This document shows, piece by piece, positions 13,801 to 26,369 of a stretch of 64,000 bases of DNA. The notes below the pieces were generated by a model. The model was not told the origin of the DNA and made no database searches. It was given only the letters and a program-made list of their open reading frames with translations. The DNA lies in the NCBI GenBank assembly GCA_026023565.1, contig JAPETS010000001.1:1612001-1676000 (forward strand). The letters are read 5' to 3'. The stretch comes from Cirrosporium novae-zelandiae (taxonomy: Eukaryota). Position 1 is the stretch's first letter. Every line of letters starts with the position of its first letter. Position numbers and translations under genes: made by a program.

Positions 13801-15586
13801 ATGAAGATATCGGAGATCATAGCATCGTCCCTAGTGGCCGGGGCTGCTCAGGCGTTCAATTGCACACCCTCAGCTTTCACAGCTGCTTTGCCTTCCAATG
13901 CTACTGTGGCTTTTGCCTATACTGTGGCCGAAAATGCTACTTTCAATGTCGTCGGCGATGTACCTTATCCAACCGACCCGACAGAATTGCCAGAGTTGTG
14001 CGCGTTGCAAGTAAATATCCCTACCACCAATGAATCAGATTACAATTTTGGCGTGTTTCTCCCCAAGAGTTGGAATGGTCGATTTTTGTACGTCGCGAAT
14101 GGGCCTTATGGCATAGGACGTTGATGCTGATAAGTTTTACAGGGCCGTTGGCAATGGGGGCTTTGGGGGGGGCATCAACTGGCTGGATATGGTAGGTGTC
14201 CTGACAGTCTTTTGGGCATACGCTGGAATCTTGCTAACATAGTGTTCCAAAGGGGGCTGGAGTCCATTACGGATTTGCTGTTGTATCCACTGACACTGGC
14301 CATAACAGCAGCATGTCTGATGCTACGTGGGCTTATAAAAATACAGAAAAGGTTACTGATTGGGGTTGGCGCGCTCTCCACGGATCGATCGTTAATGCTA
14401 AAGCGGTGACGGAAGCCTATTATAGCGAGACACCGTCCTATAGCTACTACACCGGATGCTCCACCGGGGGACGACAGGGTATGAAGGAAGCCCAAATGTT
14501 CCCAGAAGATTTCAACGGGATCATGGCTGGAGCTCCTGCCTGGTGGACTACGCACTTACAGCTGTTCAATCTCAAAGCTCAAACCTACAATGCACCTTCG
14601 ACTGGGTCAAACAATATCCCCACAGACATGTTCTCCACGATAGCCGACGAGGTCGTGAAGCAGTGTGATCCCCAGGATGGTGTCAATGACACGATTATCA
14701 TGAATCCAAAGCAATGCGATTTCAACATAGAAGCATTTTTGTGCTCAGGGAATTCCACCGACAACTATTTAACCAATGATCAGCTGGACACGTTGTATTA
14801 CATCTACAACGACTGGGTGGATACCAACCAGACATTTGTTTTCCCGCACTACGAAATTGGTTCAGAGTCACAGTGGAGCATGGGTATTGGCGACGGCGAG
14901 ATCAGTTCTACTGAGGAGTATGTACAATATATGCTCGACCAAGGCACCGACTGGTCCTGGGAAGATTTGGACTATAGCACCGTCCTGCTCTCCGATTCGA
15001 TTAATCCCGGAAATGCCACGGCTGATCATTTCGACATCTCTGCATTCAAGGCCAATGGCGGCAAGCTATTGCATTATCATGGCTATTCTGATGGTTCCAT
15101 TCCCACGGGTTCTAGTATCTATTACTACAACCAAGTTTTCCGAGAACTGGTACCGCAAGGCATCGATCTCGATAGCTTTTACCGTTTCTTCCTTGTTTCA
15201 GGCATGGAGTAAGTGTAGCACTTCTCTCACCTATCATTTTCAATCAAAACTAAATATAGGGTTTTAGGCATTGCACCAGCACCCCCTCCAACATGGCTGC
15301 CCCATGGTATTTCGCTGGTGGAAACCAAGCCTCGGCGATTTCCACGAGCGTGTACGGTGTCCCGGGTTACAGGGACTCCAAGCACGATGCGCTCCTTGCG
15401 CTGATGGCCTGGGTTGAAAACGGAACCGCGCCGGACGAGATCATCGCCACCAAATGGTACAACGATACCCCGGCCAACGGTGTCTACCGACAGCGCCCAC
15501 TGTGCGTATTTCCAAAGCAGGCCAAGTACAAGGGGAGTGGGGATACCAATGCAGCTGAGAACTGGGAGTGTACGTCGCTTTACTAG
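13801..15586 (+). CDS. Secreted tannase/feruloyl esterase (type B/C)
   Basis: Signal peptide; WNGRF, GNGGFGG, STDTGH, nucleophile motif GCSTGGRQG, YHGYSD, GMEHC, RPLC; three introns. Confidence 0.95.
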
Positions 15587-17396
15587 TTATTTAGAATCAC
15601 TAGAAGAAAAAAAAGAAGGGCGAAACTGGGAGATTTGATCTACAGGAACCTTTTTTTTATGATTAATCGGGCCGGGTTTTTCGATATTGGAAGACGGGGA
15701 GGCTCGGGGATATAGCTGCGGAGGTTACACTAGGTGTCTGTATAGCTTGGAATAGCTAGGAAAACCCTTTTTGCCTTTTTTTTTAGATAATTAAATGGCA
15801 TCATCAGAATATTAAAAAAGTCCCATGTTGTAAGCAAATTAATGACCAAAGTTAACTGGACTGGGGTTACTACTGAGTAACCTAGTATTGTATTGTATAC
15901 ATCATACCGGTTTCAGAGAGAAAAAAAGGGGAGGTTATAATAAAACAAAGAAGGTAGAAACGAGTTGCAAGAAGTTGTTGATTTGAAATCTAGAAAGTGG
16001 GCTGTGAGCTTAGTAGTTTTTTTTATTGCAACAACAACACAACACAACACAACACAACACAACATAAATCTGACCATAATATCATGACCTCGAATGAGGA
16101 AGTAAACCGTTGTATCCCTCCCCTCTTTCTTCTCTTGTTTCCTATTTCTTGACTTTCTTCTTCGTCTCCCTGCAGCGACACTGCCTATCACACGCATGCA
16201 TACTACATCCACATCCTACATCCACGTTACGAACTTCCCCATCTCCATCACTATCATCACCATCATCACCATCTCTCACACCGACACATTCGTATTCAAA
16301 AAATTGATCAACATAACACAACATCACCTCGCTTGCCCTACCCCTCCGATTTCTCGAATCATCCATCATCTAACGCCCCCTTTTTTTTGGCTGGTAGTTT
16401 GATGGATGGATGGATTGATGGATGGCGGCGTATTACATCCCCTCATCCGTATTCCCATCCTCTATCTACATGGTAGATAGATGTATATTACATACATACA
16501 TCCTAACTATACCATGCTACCATGCATGCGTGTGTGCCCACCCAGAGCATAGTACTATAGAACAAAAAAAAAAGCCACCCTCAAAAAAGCCGTCCTATCC
16601 TAAGCATGCAATGGTCTTGCTAAAACAAGAAGAAAAAAAGTTTAAATCCTTCCCCGAGCTACCGGGCAAACCCCGGGTGAGCTCATTCGGTAGAAGTGGA
16701 GTGGAGTGTTGTGGAGTAGTGGAGTGTGGGGATTAAATTTATACACTACATCGTGGTACCTAGATTTCGTGTGTGCGCTAGAGGTAGACAGACTAGTTGG
16801 TTATTCTAATTGCTTAACTTTTGAACGGGGTGGAGGGGGGGAAATACGACCTTTTAAACAAAATCTCTTTTCTCTCTTTATTTGTAAATTTTAATTTTTC
16901 TTTTTACTAATTCTTTTTTAGGCTTTTCCAAAGAGAGAAAGAAAGAGAGAGAGGCCTTTCAAAATTCGAATCTGTTAATTATTAAAAAAAAAAACTTGTC
17001 TGGTTTTTGGTTTGGGTTTTAGAGCTGAATAATATGTCAACAACTCTGTGGAGTTCCGGAGTGAAAAAATCTAATCTAATCTAATCTAATCTAATATCCT
17101 TTTAGGGCGGACGGTGTAGGTAGGTAGGTAATTAATTTATTTATCTAATCAACGAAATAACGGAACCCCCCCATACGGTAGACTATTGGGTAGGTTGGTA
17201 TTATAATATAGATGGTTTGTTTGTTGTATATATATAGTCTCATCTGTCTGTTTATCTATTCTTGATCATAAATATAATACTGGGAAGCGTGGTAGGTAAC
17301 TTGATCGATACCCTAAAGGCCTCCTACCACCATCCCTTTTTTTTTCTCTATCTTTTTCTCTCATCAATATAACCCTTACTATCACCCTATTCAATC

Positions 17397-17515
17397 ACAT
17401 ACGACCACAGGCTCAAGAGAACTGGGCATCCCGTCCGCTCTGCCATACATAAACTTGAGACCGGCCGGTTAGTAGTTGGGTCGGTGACGACCAGCGAATA
17501 CCGGCTGTTGTATGT
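17397..17515 (+). rRNA. 5S: Dispersed 5S rRNA gene
   Basis: 119 nt ACATACGACC...CCCGTCCGCTC...GTTAGTAGTTGGG...GCGAA...CTGTTGTATGT; terminal helix pairs; AATATAA about 25-30 nt upstream. Confidence 0.96.
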
Positions 17516-17532
17516 TTTTTTTTTTTTTTTTC
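17515..17532 (+). terminator. Pol III oligo-T terminator of the 5S gene
   Basis: Long T run directly after the 5S 3' end. Confidence 0.85.
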
Positions 17533-18339
17533 GATTGTTTTATTAGTGTGTGTGGATGCTGACTGGACTGGTATGTTAAATTTTGGTTGTAGTTGCTTGG
17601 GGGGGGGGGGTTCTGGGATAAGTAGGCGAAAGGAAGGAAAGTGTGGTGGAAGGGTTTGGGGGGGATGGGATACGGGTATTGGTTGCAGTTGGAATTGTTT
17701 GACGGTATTGGGTATGTGTATAATGTGTATTGATAGTGGTAAAGTTGGGTATGGAGGGTATCTGGTAGCAAATATGGCTACTAAGGTGGGTTGGGTAGGT
17801 AGGTAGTCTTGCTTTCGTAATATATTATGTTATACTAGTAATCACATAGCTATGAGTAGGGTATGATAGGATAGAAGATAAGCAAGAGGGACCAGATGAA
17901 TGAATTATGCCCGAGTGGGGTTAACTACCTCGTAGTTTTCATTCACTTTCTAGCCTCCAACGTTCAGCCTTCTGGGTATATAACTGTAGCAAGTGCAGAG
18001 GAGTATTTAGTTGGACATGTTTTTAATCAATCCCTGAGACCATTCCAAGCGCTTTCCATCTCCGTAATTCATATCCTGGAGTCTTGTGCTAATATCATAT
18101 TCCCGCAAAGCGATGATATCTTTCCTTCACATGGGTCCATTTTCACGAGCTTTGGCTCCATAAATAAAACAATCATCCAATTCTTCCATTACCAGCTTGT
18201 TAACCCTGAACCCAAACTAAATTACCCAGGGAGATGGCCCACACTTCAGTGGCATGCATTATCATAAAACATAAGCGATTTCGACTTTAGTAAACATGGC
18301 GGGTATTGTTTGAAGATACCATAACTTTCCCCATAGATT

Positions 18340-19350
18340 TTAAGGCGCATTCTCCTCCACATGTCTGTCATGCCCTGGAAGTTCTGGCGTTATGCTTTGC
18401 CCATCTAGCTCCACAGCTACTGTATTAGCTGGCATTTCATGCTCCTCGGCCTGTATTTCATGCTCCTCGGCCGGCATTTCGTGCTCGACGGAATCATAGT
18501 ACGGATTTGGACCCGTGTCGCTTGCTTTAGGATTCGGTTCTGATATAAACTGCATTTCTTCTGTGTTTACTTTGTGATTTGAACGGCGTCGCCGCCAGAA
18601 AATATAGCCTAATGCGGCAACAAGACAGACACCAAGAGGGACTCCGACGCCGACTCCGACTTTGGTTGCAAGGTCAGAGGTTGAATGTGAGGAGGACGAT
18701 GATGATGAGCTCGTCGGTGCCGTATTTGAGGTTGTTGTGGTTGTTGATGAGGAAGTGGCCGACGATTCATCCGAGGACTGATATATGGTAGAATATGTAA
18801 CGTCAGCGGCAAAATTGGAGGTTGTCACGGTTGCACCCGAAAGCCGTTGGCCAGCTGCGGCTTTAAAGACTTTGTCTGGGTGTGAGCAACACTCGTAGTT
18901 TGATTTTATAGAACCAAGTTTTGCATTCGTCAGAGCGCAGCACCAAGTATTGGAGGAGCAAGCGTATACGAGATGGCTTTTTGTTTTATCTGTAAGTTGT
19001 GGATCGTTAGATATTGATCATGGATTGCTGCATCCACCAAAATTTCAGCGTCGTAGGAAAGGAAAAATACCATGAACACAAAATTTAGGACAATAGTCGG
19101 AATCCCAGCTTCGATCGGTACAAGCATTTCGCCAGTATCTGTTTGTGTCTCCATCCTGTTGACTATGACAAAGACCATTTGTTAAACAAACATCTCCTTG
19201 TGCACAGCAAGCACTATATTGGGTGCTATTGTCGCAGGCAAAGTAGTTGTCTATGGACTTTCCATTTGGATAATAACAATCTCCAAAAGTGAATTGAAGA
19301 CTTGAGAACACCAAGAGGAGATAACTGAGAATTAGATTATATGTCGCCAT
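18340..19350 (-). CDS. Type I membrane protein: signal peptide, Cys-rich ectodomain, Ser/Thr stalk, TM helix, acidic tail (Mid2-like architecture)
   Basis: CYYPNG..ACC..DVCLTNGLC..CTDRSW..CPKFC; one intron (about 18991-19068); TM VGVGVGVPLGVCLVAALGYIFW followed by RRRR. Confidence 0.8.
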
Positions 19351-19991
19351 GGATTCATTATCATGGAATAGAGGTGAGGTGAGTGATATTCAAATATCTG
19401 TGGTTCACAAGGCAGGACAGGAGTTGGATATGGGGAGACATGATGATTCTTAACGGCCGTAGTCTATTAAGATGGCTGTGCATGTTGGAAATTGACGCCA
19501 ATAAAGAGTTTCCAATATGTTAGGGATGAGGAACCTTCGATGATGTTGCAGGATCACCATCCTGGTATCATGGCCCGTGGTCAACCTAAATAAATAGTTG
19601 AAGTTACCTCTATCATCTCTACAATAGATGATCTACTCTAGTAAGATTTCTCTGGATAGTGAATAATGAGTCAGAAGGGAGGATGATGATGATGATGATT
19701 AAGTTATTTGATTTATTGAGAAAGAATATGATTGATAGACATGTATACTGTGTATATATGTATGTGTATGGATAGATAATAGATGATATAGATATAGATA
19801 TAGATAGAGCAGGATTTAGATATCGGCAACTGTGACGTCCGTCTGGCCGATTGTCCGACTATAAAATACCGTAAGGTACCTAGGTAATTGACTTCAACAC
19901 CGTTCTTAACTATCACCACCAGCCAGCACAACAATACTATATTTTTAAACTCCACTCAATCTATACCGCCCAATGCTATTCTTGGCTCCCC

Positions 19992-21358
19992 ATGGCACCC
20001 AAATCGAAAAAGAAAAACGAGACGAGGTCAAAAACCTCGAGAGGAGCTGATGCCATTTCCCAGCGTCAAAAGACTCCCGCTCCCAATTGGCCCCTCTTTC
20101 AGCCCTTGATCCCTTCTTCTCAGCTGTATCTAGAACCTATAATTGAGAACCAGATTGTTGTTATAAAAAATTTCTGGACCTCTACCCTCTGCAAGAATTA
20201 TGTTTCTTTTCTGAAATCTTTGCCTTTGATAACAACTCCTGGTAAGCCTAAGAAAGGTGAAGCCGTGAGGGTGAATGATCGTTTTCAGATCGAAGATGCT
20301 GCATTTGCTGAACGATTGTGGAGTGACACTTCTTTGAAGGAATTGGTGACTGGGGCGGGGGCCGAAGGAGAAGATAAAAACCTCCTCTGGGGAGGGGAGG
20401 TGTTGGGCCTAAATCCAAATATTAGAATCTATCGTTATAGTGATGGCCAATTTTTTGCACAGCATTGTAAGTTCTCATTTCTTCAATAATATGATCTATG
20501 TCGTCCTTCATATACCCCAAGGAGGCCTGTGATTGGACTTGACCTACCCTCGGGCCGGTCCTTACTAGATACTAGGAGTTGGAATTGACCTTGCCTTTGC
20601 TCAATATTCATTCGAAGTTTGTTGATGATAATTCATTTTGTTGTCCGCATGTCGCCCTCGGGTTATGACGAAATTTGTTTGTTAATTAAGAAAATATTTA
20701 CTATGCCATCTTCGCAGCGTTGTTCTGGACCCCAATTCCCTTTCTTCTTCTCATTCATCTTCCTCCTAGTTCAATTCTACAATTTTTCGAGCATGTTTTT
20801 CTGCAGAAGCTTCCACAGTCCTTTATAGCTACCGTCCGGAGGCCAGCTAAGAGAATGGGGATACAATTGCACCTTATTTCGGAACTAGGGCCCTTGGACA
20901 ACTTTCACACAAGAGCACTTGACACAGGGGGAGAGGCCTTACACCTCCTCCCCCAACAGCCTCCAACCAATCCAGCTCCTAACCCCCCCTCAAAAAAAAA
21001 TCAAGACCTCCCACTAACACTCCCCCTCCATTCTCCAGACGACGACACCAACACCCTCCACTTCCCCCCCTCACCCTCCACCCCCACCACCAAAATCCCC
21101 GCCCACACAACCTGGACCCTCCTAATCTACCTAACCTCCGCCTCCACCGGCTGTCTAGGTGGCGAAACAGTATTCTACCCTGACGACTCTGACTACTCCT
21201 CCACCAACATGGAGAAAGGGGCCCCCATAGTGGTGGAATTGGAAACTGGAATGGCGTTGTTGCATCGGCATGGGGAGAGGTGTATGTTGCATGAGGGGAG
21301 GGAGGTTAGGGGCGGGGAGAAGTGGGTTGTTAGGAGTGATTTGGTTGTTAGGAGGTGA
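19992..21358 (+). CDS. 2-oxoglutarate/Fe(II)-dependent oxygenase (P4H-like)
   Basis: GLNPNIRIYRY..GQFFAQHYDD with HxD split by 572-nt intron 20467-21038; TLLIYL, GGETVF, LHEG, KWVVRSD. Confidence 0.88.
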
Positions 21359-21755
21359 GGTGGGGGTTGGGGGGTTGGGATTATGTGTGAGAGGGGGGGG
21401 GGATGTGTATGGTAGCTACAGCTTGCTTGCTTACTTGCTGTGTCGTATCGTATCGTGGGAAGTTAGTTGGATAAATGAATAAAATAAATGAATGGATCTC
21501 TTCCCCCTCCTCTCCCCTCCCGGCCCTCGTTTTTCGTTCCCATCCCCTTTAAACCTCCCACATGGTTAACCGATATATATACTTGTTAGTACTAAAAGAA
21601 AAGAGTTTACGACATATCTACTATACCCATTTCAGCTCCTATTAGTAGTAATAAAGAACACACATATAAAAAAACTCCAAGACCCAAATCCATCCATCTA
21701 GTTATCAATTTAAGTCGTTCAGTCATTTAATCATTCATTCACTTCCCTTCCCCTT

Positions 21756-23779
21756 TCAATAAACCTTCCGGACCTTAATCCCCACCCCCGCAATCCTCGC
21801 CAGTGCGAAAAAAGCCGATCCAAGTAGATAAAACGTCCCACAAAAAATAATCAGTCCTTGAAAATTCTTGGAGTTTTTCGCGCCACCACCACCTTCATTC
21901 AGGATCGCCCCCGCGATCGGTATTCCGATGAGGCTCGCTGGACTGATGACTAGATATGTGATCCCATACTTGCTGCCGTATTCCTCCGTTCGGCAGAGCT
22001 GGGAGAGGCATACCGCCATCAGGCTTGAGGTGGTGCCGCTCAGGAGGCCGAAGAGCACGGCGAAGGCGATGACGGAGGCGGTGGTGCTTGCTTTGAGCCA
22101 GAGGACGAGGATCACGATGGCGCAAGGGAGGCTGGAGAGGACCATAGTGTTGAAGCGGCCCCAGTAGTCGGCAATCCAGTTTGGGAGGATGCGCCCTAGG
22201 ATCTGAGCCGCGTTCTGGTATGCCAGGAGCTGGTAGGATAGGGAGCTGGGCATTCCGATGTAGAGCGCGTAGGTTGTTATGTAGGATGAGGGGATGAGCA
22301 CGGCCAGCTCAAGAGCAAACATGCCGAGCGTCGTCAGGATGAATCGGATGTCAGTGAAGGAGCTGAAATTGGCGTTCCAGCGTAGCGTGCGTGTGGGGGG
22401 TAGACGAGGGCGCATCAGGGTGATGGCCATGAGGCCAAAGGCAAGGCAGATGAAGCCGATGGTTCGGACGGTCCAGGCGAATCCGATTTTGGGGATCAGT
22501 TTTTCGAAGAGGATGGGGAAGAGGATTCCGCCGATGGGTCCGGCGGAGGTGGCTAGGCCCGTGGCTATCGCTCGTTTATAGTAGAACCAGTGGCCAATTG
22601 TCGCTAGCCCTGTTGTCCAGAGAATAGACGCCGAGAGCCCGCCTAAGATACCGAAGGAGAGCATGAATTGGTAGTATTCTAATAGACGCTGAATAAGCTA
22701 TGATGAGCGCCATATAATATGGGCAATATTCTTGGTAGGATGAATTGGGCGCTAGAGAGTTGAAAGTTCAACTTTTTATTATTGATAGGCTTCATATATA
22801 GAAAATGCGAGCACTCACCAGTGCAGGCAGAGAAGGCCATCATTGCAGCGACAAACCCAATATATCCAGGAATCAAGAGAGGTCTCAAGCTGTATGCATC
22901 AAACAGGGGGCCTATATAGAACCCAGACACGTCAGCGGCGGTGTATGAAAAAACCGAGCATCAAGTATGAATTATTACAAGAGCTCAAAAGCGTATCTCA
23001 AAATGGGGGAGAATAAAATATGGACAATATAATATTAGAGTTAAAACTCATTGCTCTATTGCAAATCAAAATAAATAATGGATGGTGTATCTTCAATACA
23101 ACGAGTTCGAAAAGTCAGAATCACCCGATTGATAAAGATCATTCACAATAATTGGCTGGCCCATAAAGAAGATGGCATGAAGCAACAAGAAAGAATAATA
23201 AATGGTCATGGCTAGATCTGCCACCAAGGTCGCCTCTCTTTGGGCCATGCTTCAAAGAGTGGCATCCACAGATACCATATTGAGATAGTGTATTTCCCTA
23301 TGGCTGCGAACATAGTGTTTAGACTTGTGAAATATTAATATTATAAAGTTCAACGTACCAGCTTGAGCTCCACCTAACAGAAATAGGAAAATATGAGTAG
23401 AGAATATCCAACCAATCTGCTGGCTTGAGTAATTCTTGAGTTGGTTATTTCCAAGATATGCTTGAAAGGTACCAATGGTGTTTGCAATTCCAGTGCAAAG
23501 AATCATAGAACACCAGACACCAACAAGGACTATGTAGGCCTCCGTGCTTTTCTCCACCGCAGGCTCTGGATCATTATTTAGAGCCCCGTCATCTTGAGCA
23601 GGGCCCTCTTCTGCTAGAGTCTGTAACTCAATCACCTCTGAGGGACGCTGAATCACAGAGACCCCTGACTGATAGACCGATGACCTAAAAGCATTGCCAT
23701 CATCTCTCTGGATAGCTCGCTCCGTCCCAGAAGTAGAATCATTCAACAAGACAGATGCTGGTCGACGCTGTTGAAACAT
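21756..23779 (-). CDS. MFS monocarboxylate/riboflavin-type transporter (Mch family)
   Basis: Multiple TM helices; GPLFDAYS, HWFYYKRAIATG, GFAWTVR, GRILPNWIADYWGRFN; introns include 447-nt 22912-23358. Confidence 0.9.
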
Positions 23780-24199
23780 GGTGCTCTGTTTGTCTCTCTA
23801 ATATATGGCTTAAGATGCTGGTGATGAACCAGATAAGGAGAATCCTAAATAACTGTTAGTGACTCATATATATTCCCCACATTGATAAGTGGGGTAGCAA
23901 TAGACTAAACGAATATGGACATGGAATGGACATCGTTTCTTGATTCGGAGATAAGCGTAACCAATCTAGAGTTGGATAGTCACTGGGAGTTTGTCACTTG
24001 TACTAAAAATCGGTTGCTCCCAACTCCGATATCTTATGCCAAGGACTAGATTGTGGGGTAATGACCTACTCTCGGTCGTTGTCCAACTCTAGGTCAGTTG
24101 TCTTGTCCACTTTTCCATTTCAAAATGCCTGACCATTTCCCAACTTCTTCAGAGATGAACATCCATTCACATCGATTCCCATCCAAACCCTTAAATCCA

Positions 24200-25780
24200 A
24201 TAATGATTCGTATCTATATGGAATCTTTGAAAGAATGGAGCCTTCAAAGAGCTTATTCTGAGCACAGCAAGCTCGTAGAGTGTAAATACATAGCGAGAGT
24301 ATTCAGATTATCAAGCGGCATATTAGAGCATCGAAGATGGCGACGATAACATTCGTATTTATAGTCGCAGAGATGCTTTGAGTCTGCTGAGACTAGGCGA
24401 TTCATTTTTCTCCGGTGCCTTCTAGCTCTGTAGGCCTGGGCCCATGGCAGTGGCCGCATTATTGTCTTGTAGTGGTATAATTTCGCCATCAGCGTGTGGA
24501 ATTGCATATCTGAATTTGAATAAAGTGGGACAAGGAGCCATCTACGGGGACAGGCTTTGCACTTTATTTGGAAAATAATGGGTGGCTTGAGCAACTGATT
24601 GCAAGAATAATGCTGCTAGAATAATATTCAGAGAGGGCGGCTATAACGATATCAAAGCCATGATAGCAACTGGGTGTATCAGGAATTTGAACGTGGAATC
24701 CTGAACAATCCAAACCTGAATAACAAGGTACATTGACATGTCTACTCGAGTATGTTTTGCAGAAATCAAGGGTTGTCAATGCATGATCGGACTATACAGA
24801 CAAGGGTAGCCATCGTTGATTCATCAGTTCGATTTCTAAAATTCTAAAGCGGGAGCCCAAAATGCGAGGTATATTCATGTTATTCATATACCCACCTCAT
24901 CTATGTTATGTATTTCTGCCAGCTAGGATATCTGTGTAAAGAGAAGCATATTCGGCTATTGAAATCAGCCTATAGATAACCGAAAGTGGTTGCAGAAGAC
25001 CGAAGAATTTCTCACGTTGGTATAGGGCGGTTAACCCTGGAAGTGACCCTCGCATAGAGCCAACAAGCCAGTAGGGAAAAAGAAGAATGATTTCACGATA
25101 TAATTGACAGAAATCGATAGCGAATCTAGAATGCAGTGTGATAGGGTTCACCATGATAACTTTCTGGAGAGATGATAGGGTAATGGTGAATGTTAATGAA
25201 TACGAGGCAAGATCTAGACGAGATTAAGATGAACAGTCGAATCATCGGTCGACATTTCTTGAGGGACATGGGCGATGATATATTACCTAGCGTTGTGTTC
25301 ATGGATGAATGGGGCGCTTCGAGACCGATTACATTTTTCGAAGCGGAGGAGGTTGTACTTGGTAAGAGTTGGGTTAAGGTTGTGTGTCAGATCTTTATTT
25401 TCCCCAGAGAAGTACTTCAGTACCATCAATAACCAATAACGCACGGACTACGTATATGTTTTCCAGCTTTTTATCAATGTCTACTGTGGCTGTGCTGTGG
25501 TATACAAAGTACAAAAAATGTTGACTTTTTAGTAATGTTACCTGATCGCCTCCCCGATGAGATCTACATCGTCTCCCCACTATTATCCAGCTGTATTGTG
25601 GAGAGAGGACAATGGACCTGTGGCTATCTGCTTGCACAGCCTCAAACGCCACAGAGCCAGCTCAGAGAATTGCAATTAATCTTTTCATCTTGTGGGACCC
25701 CTGTCCAAAAGAGCCTGCATGAATGGCAACAGTAGCATCGAACGTGCATCTGAAATCAATGTTTGTATTGTTTGCATAGG
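24200..25780 (-). pseudogene. Possible decayed Zn2Cys6/fungal-specific transcription factor
   Basis: Scattered in-order fragments with stops and frameshifts: CHSCR..KINCN, FINIHHYPIISP, NVPCYSGL, LMAKLYHYKTIMRP; no intact ORF. Confidence 0.3.
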
Positions 25781-26369
25781 AGATATATCTCTACCCCCTC
25801 ATTGATCATTAATTGAATCTTGGAGTGTTTAAGAAATGGAAAGATGGCTGAAATTTCAGGGAATTTCAAAGAATATATATCTGATTTCGGAGAATTGAAT
25901 AGAATGGATATTAAATGTTAAATATGGAAATTAATATGGTAGGGTAGCAATCATTCCTCTGATTGACGAGGACCCCTGACCAGCTTGACTCCAAAGCTTA
26001 TGCGAAGCTTGTTTGATGACGTTGAGCATCATCTCGCAACCAATCCATCATCCCAGACAACTCCAACTGAAACTTGGAACAACTTCAGTCCTACACCGAC
26101 CTCACCTTCTTTATAAAAGTCTTTCATTAACTTCCATTTCATACCTTTTCTTTTCTAACCGCCTTCTTCAATGAAACAATTTCCTAATAAATGATTTACC
26201 GCCATAAATATCTCTATTTTTACCCCCTCTCTCAAATTCCTTGCGACTTCTCCATGACCCTTATTTAAATAATTTGCCTGTCACCAGCCCACACTTCCCT
26301 CTCCTCAGACTCGCAACCCTCATTCAGTCCTCACCTTAGTGCTTTTATACCCTTCACGCCTTTCACATC

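Noticed and set aside
19876..19890. TACCTAGGTA-type palindromes recurring in spacers (also near 35667)
   Set aside because: Short, common in fungal intergenic DNA and related to TAGG microsatellites; no specific function supportable
20720..21038. 5' part of the 212-aa ORF 20720-21358 as coding sequence
   Set aside because: Falls within the intron; only sequence after the acceptor at 21038 completes the oxygenase motifs
8765..24098. 18-bp repeats as a CRISPR-like array
   Set aside because: Eukaryotic context; copies are kilobases apart or directly abutting, with no spacers and no cas genes
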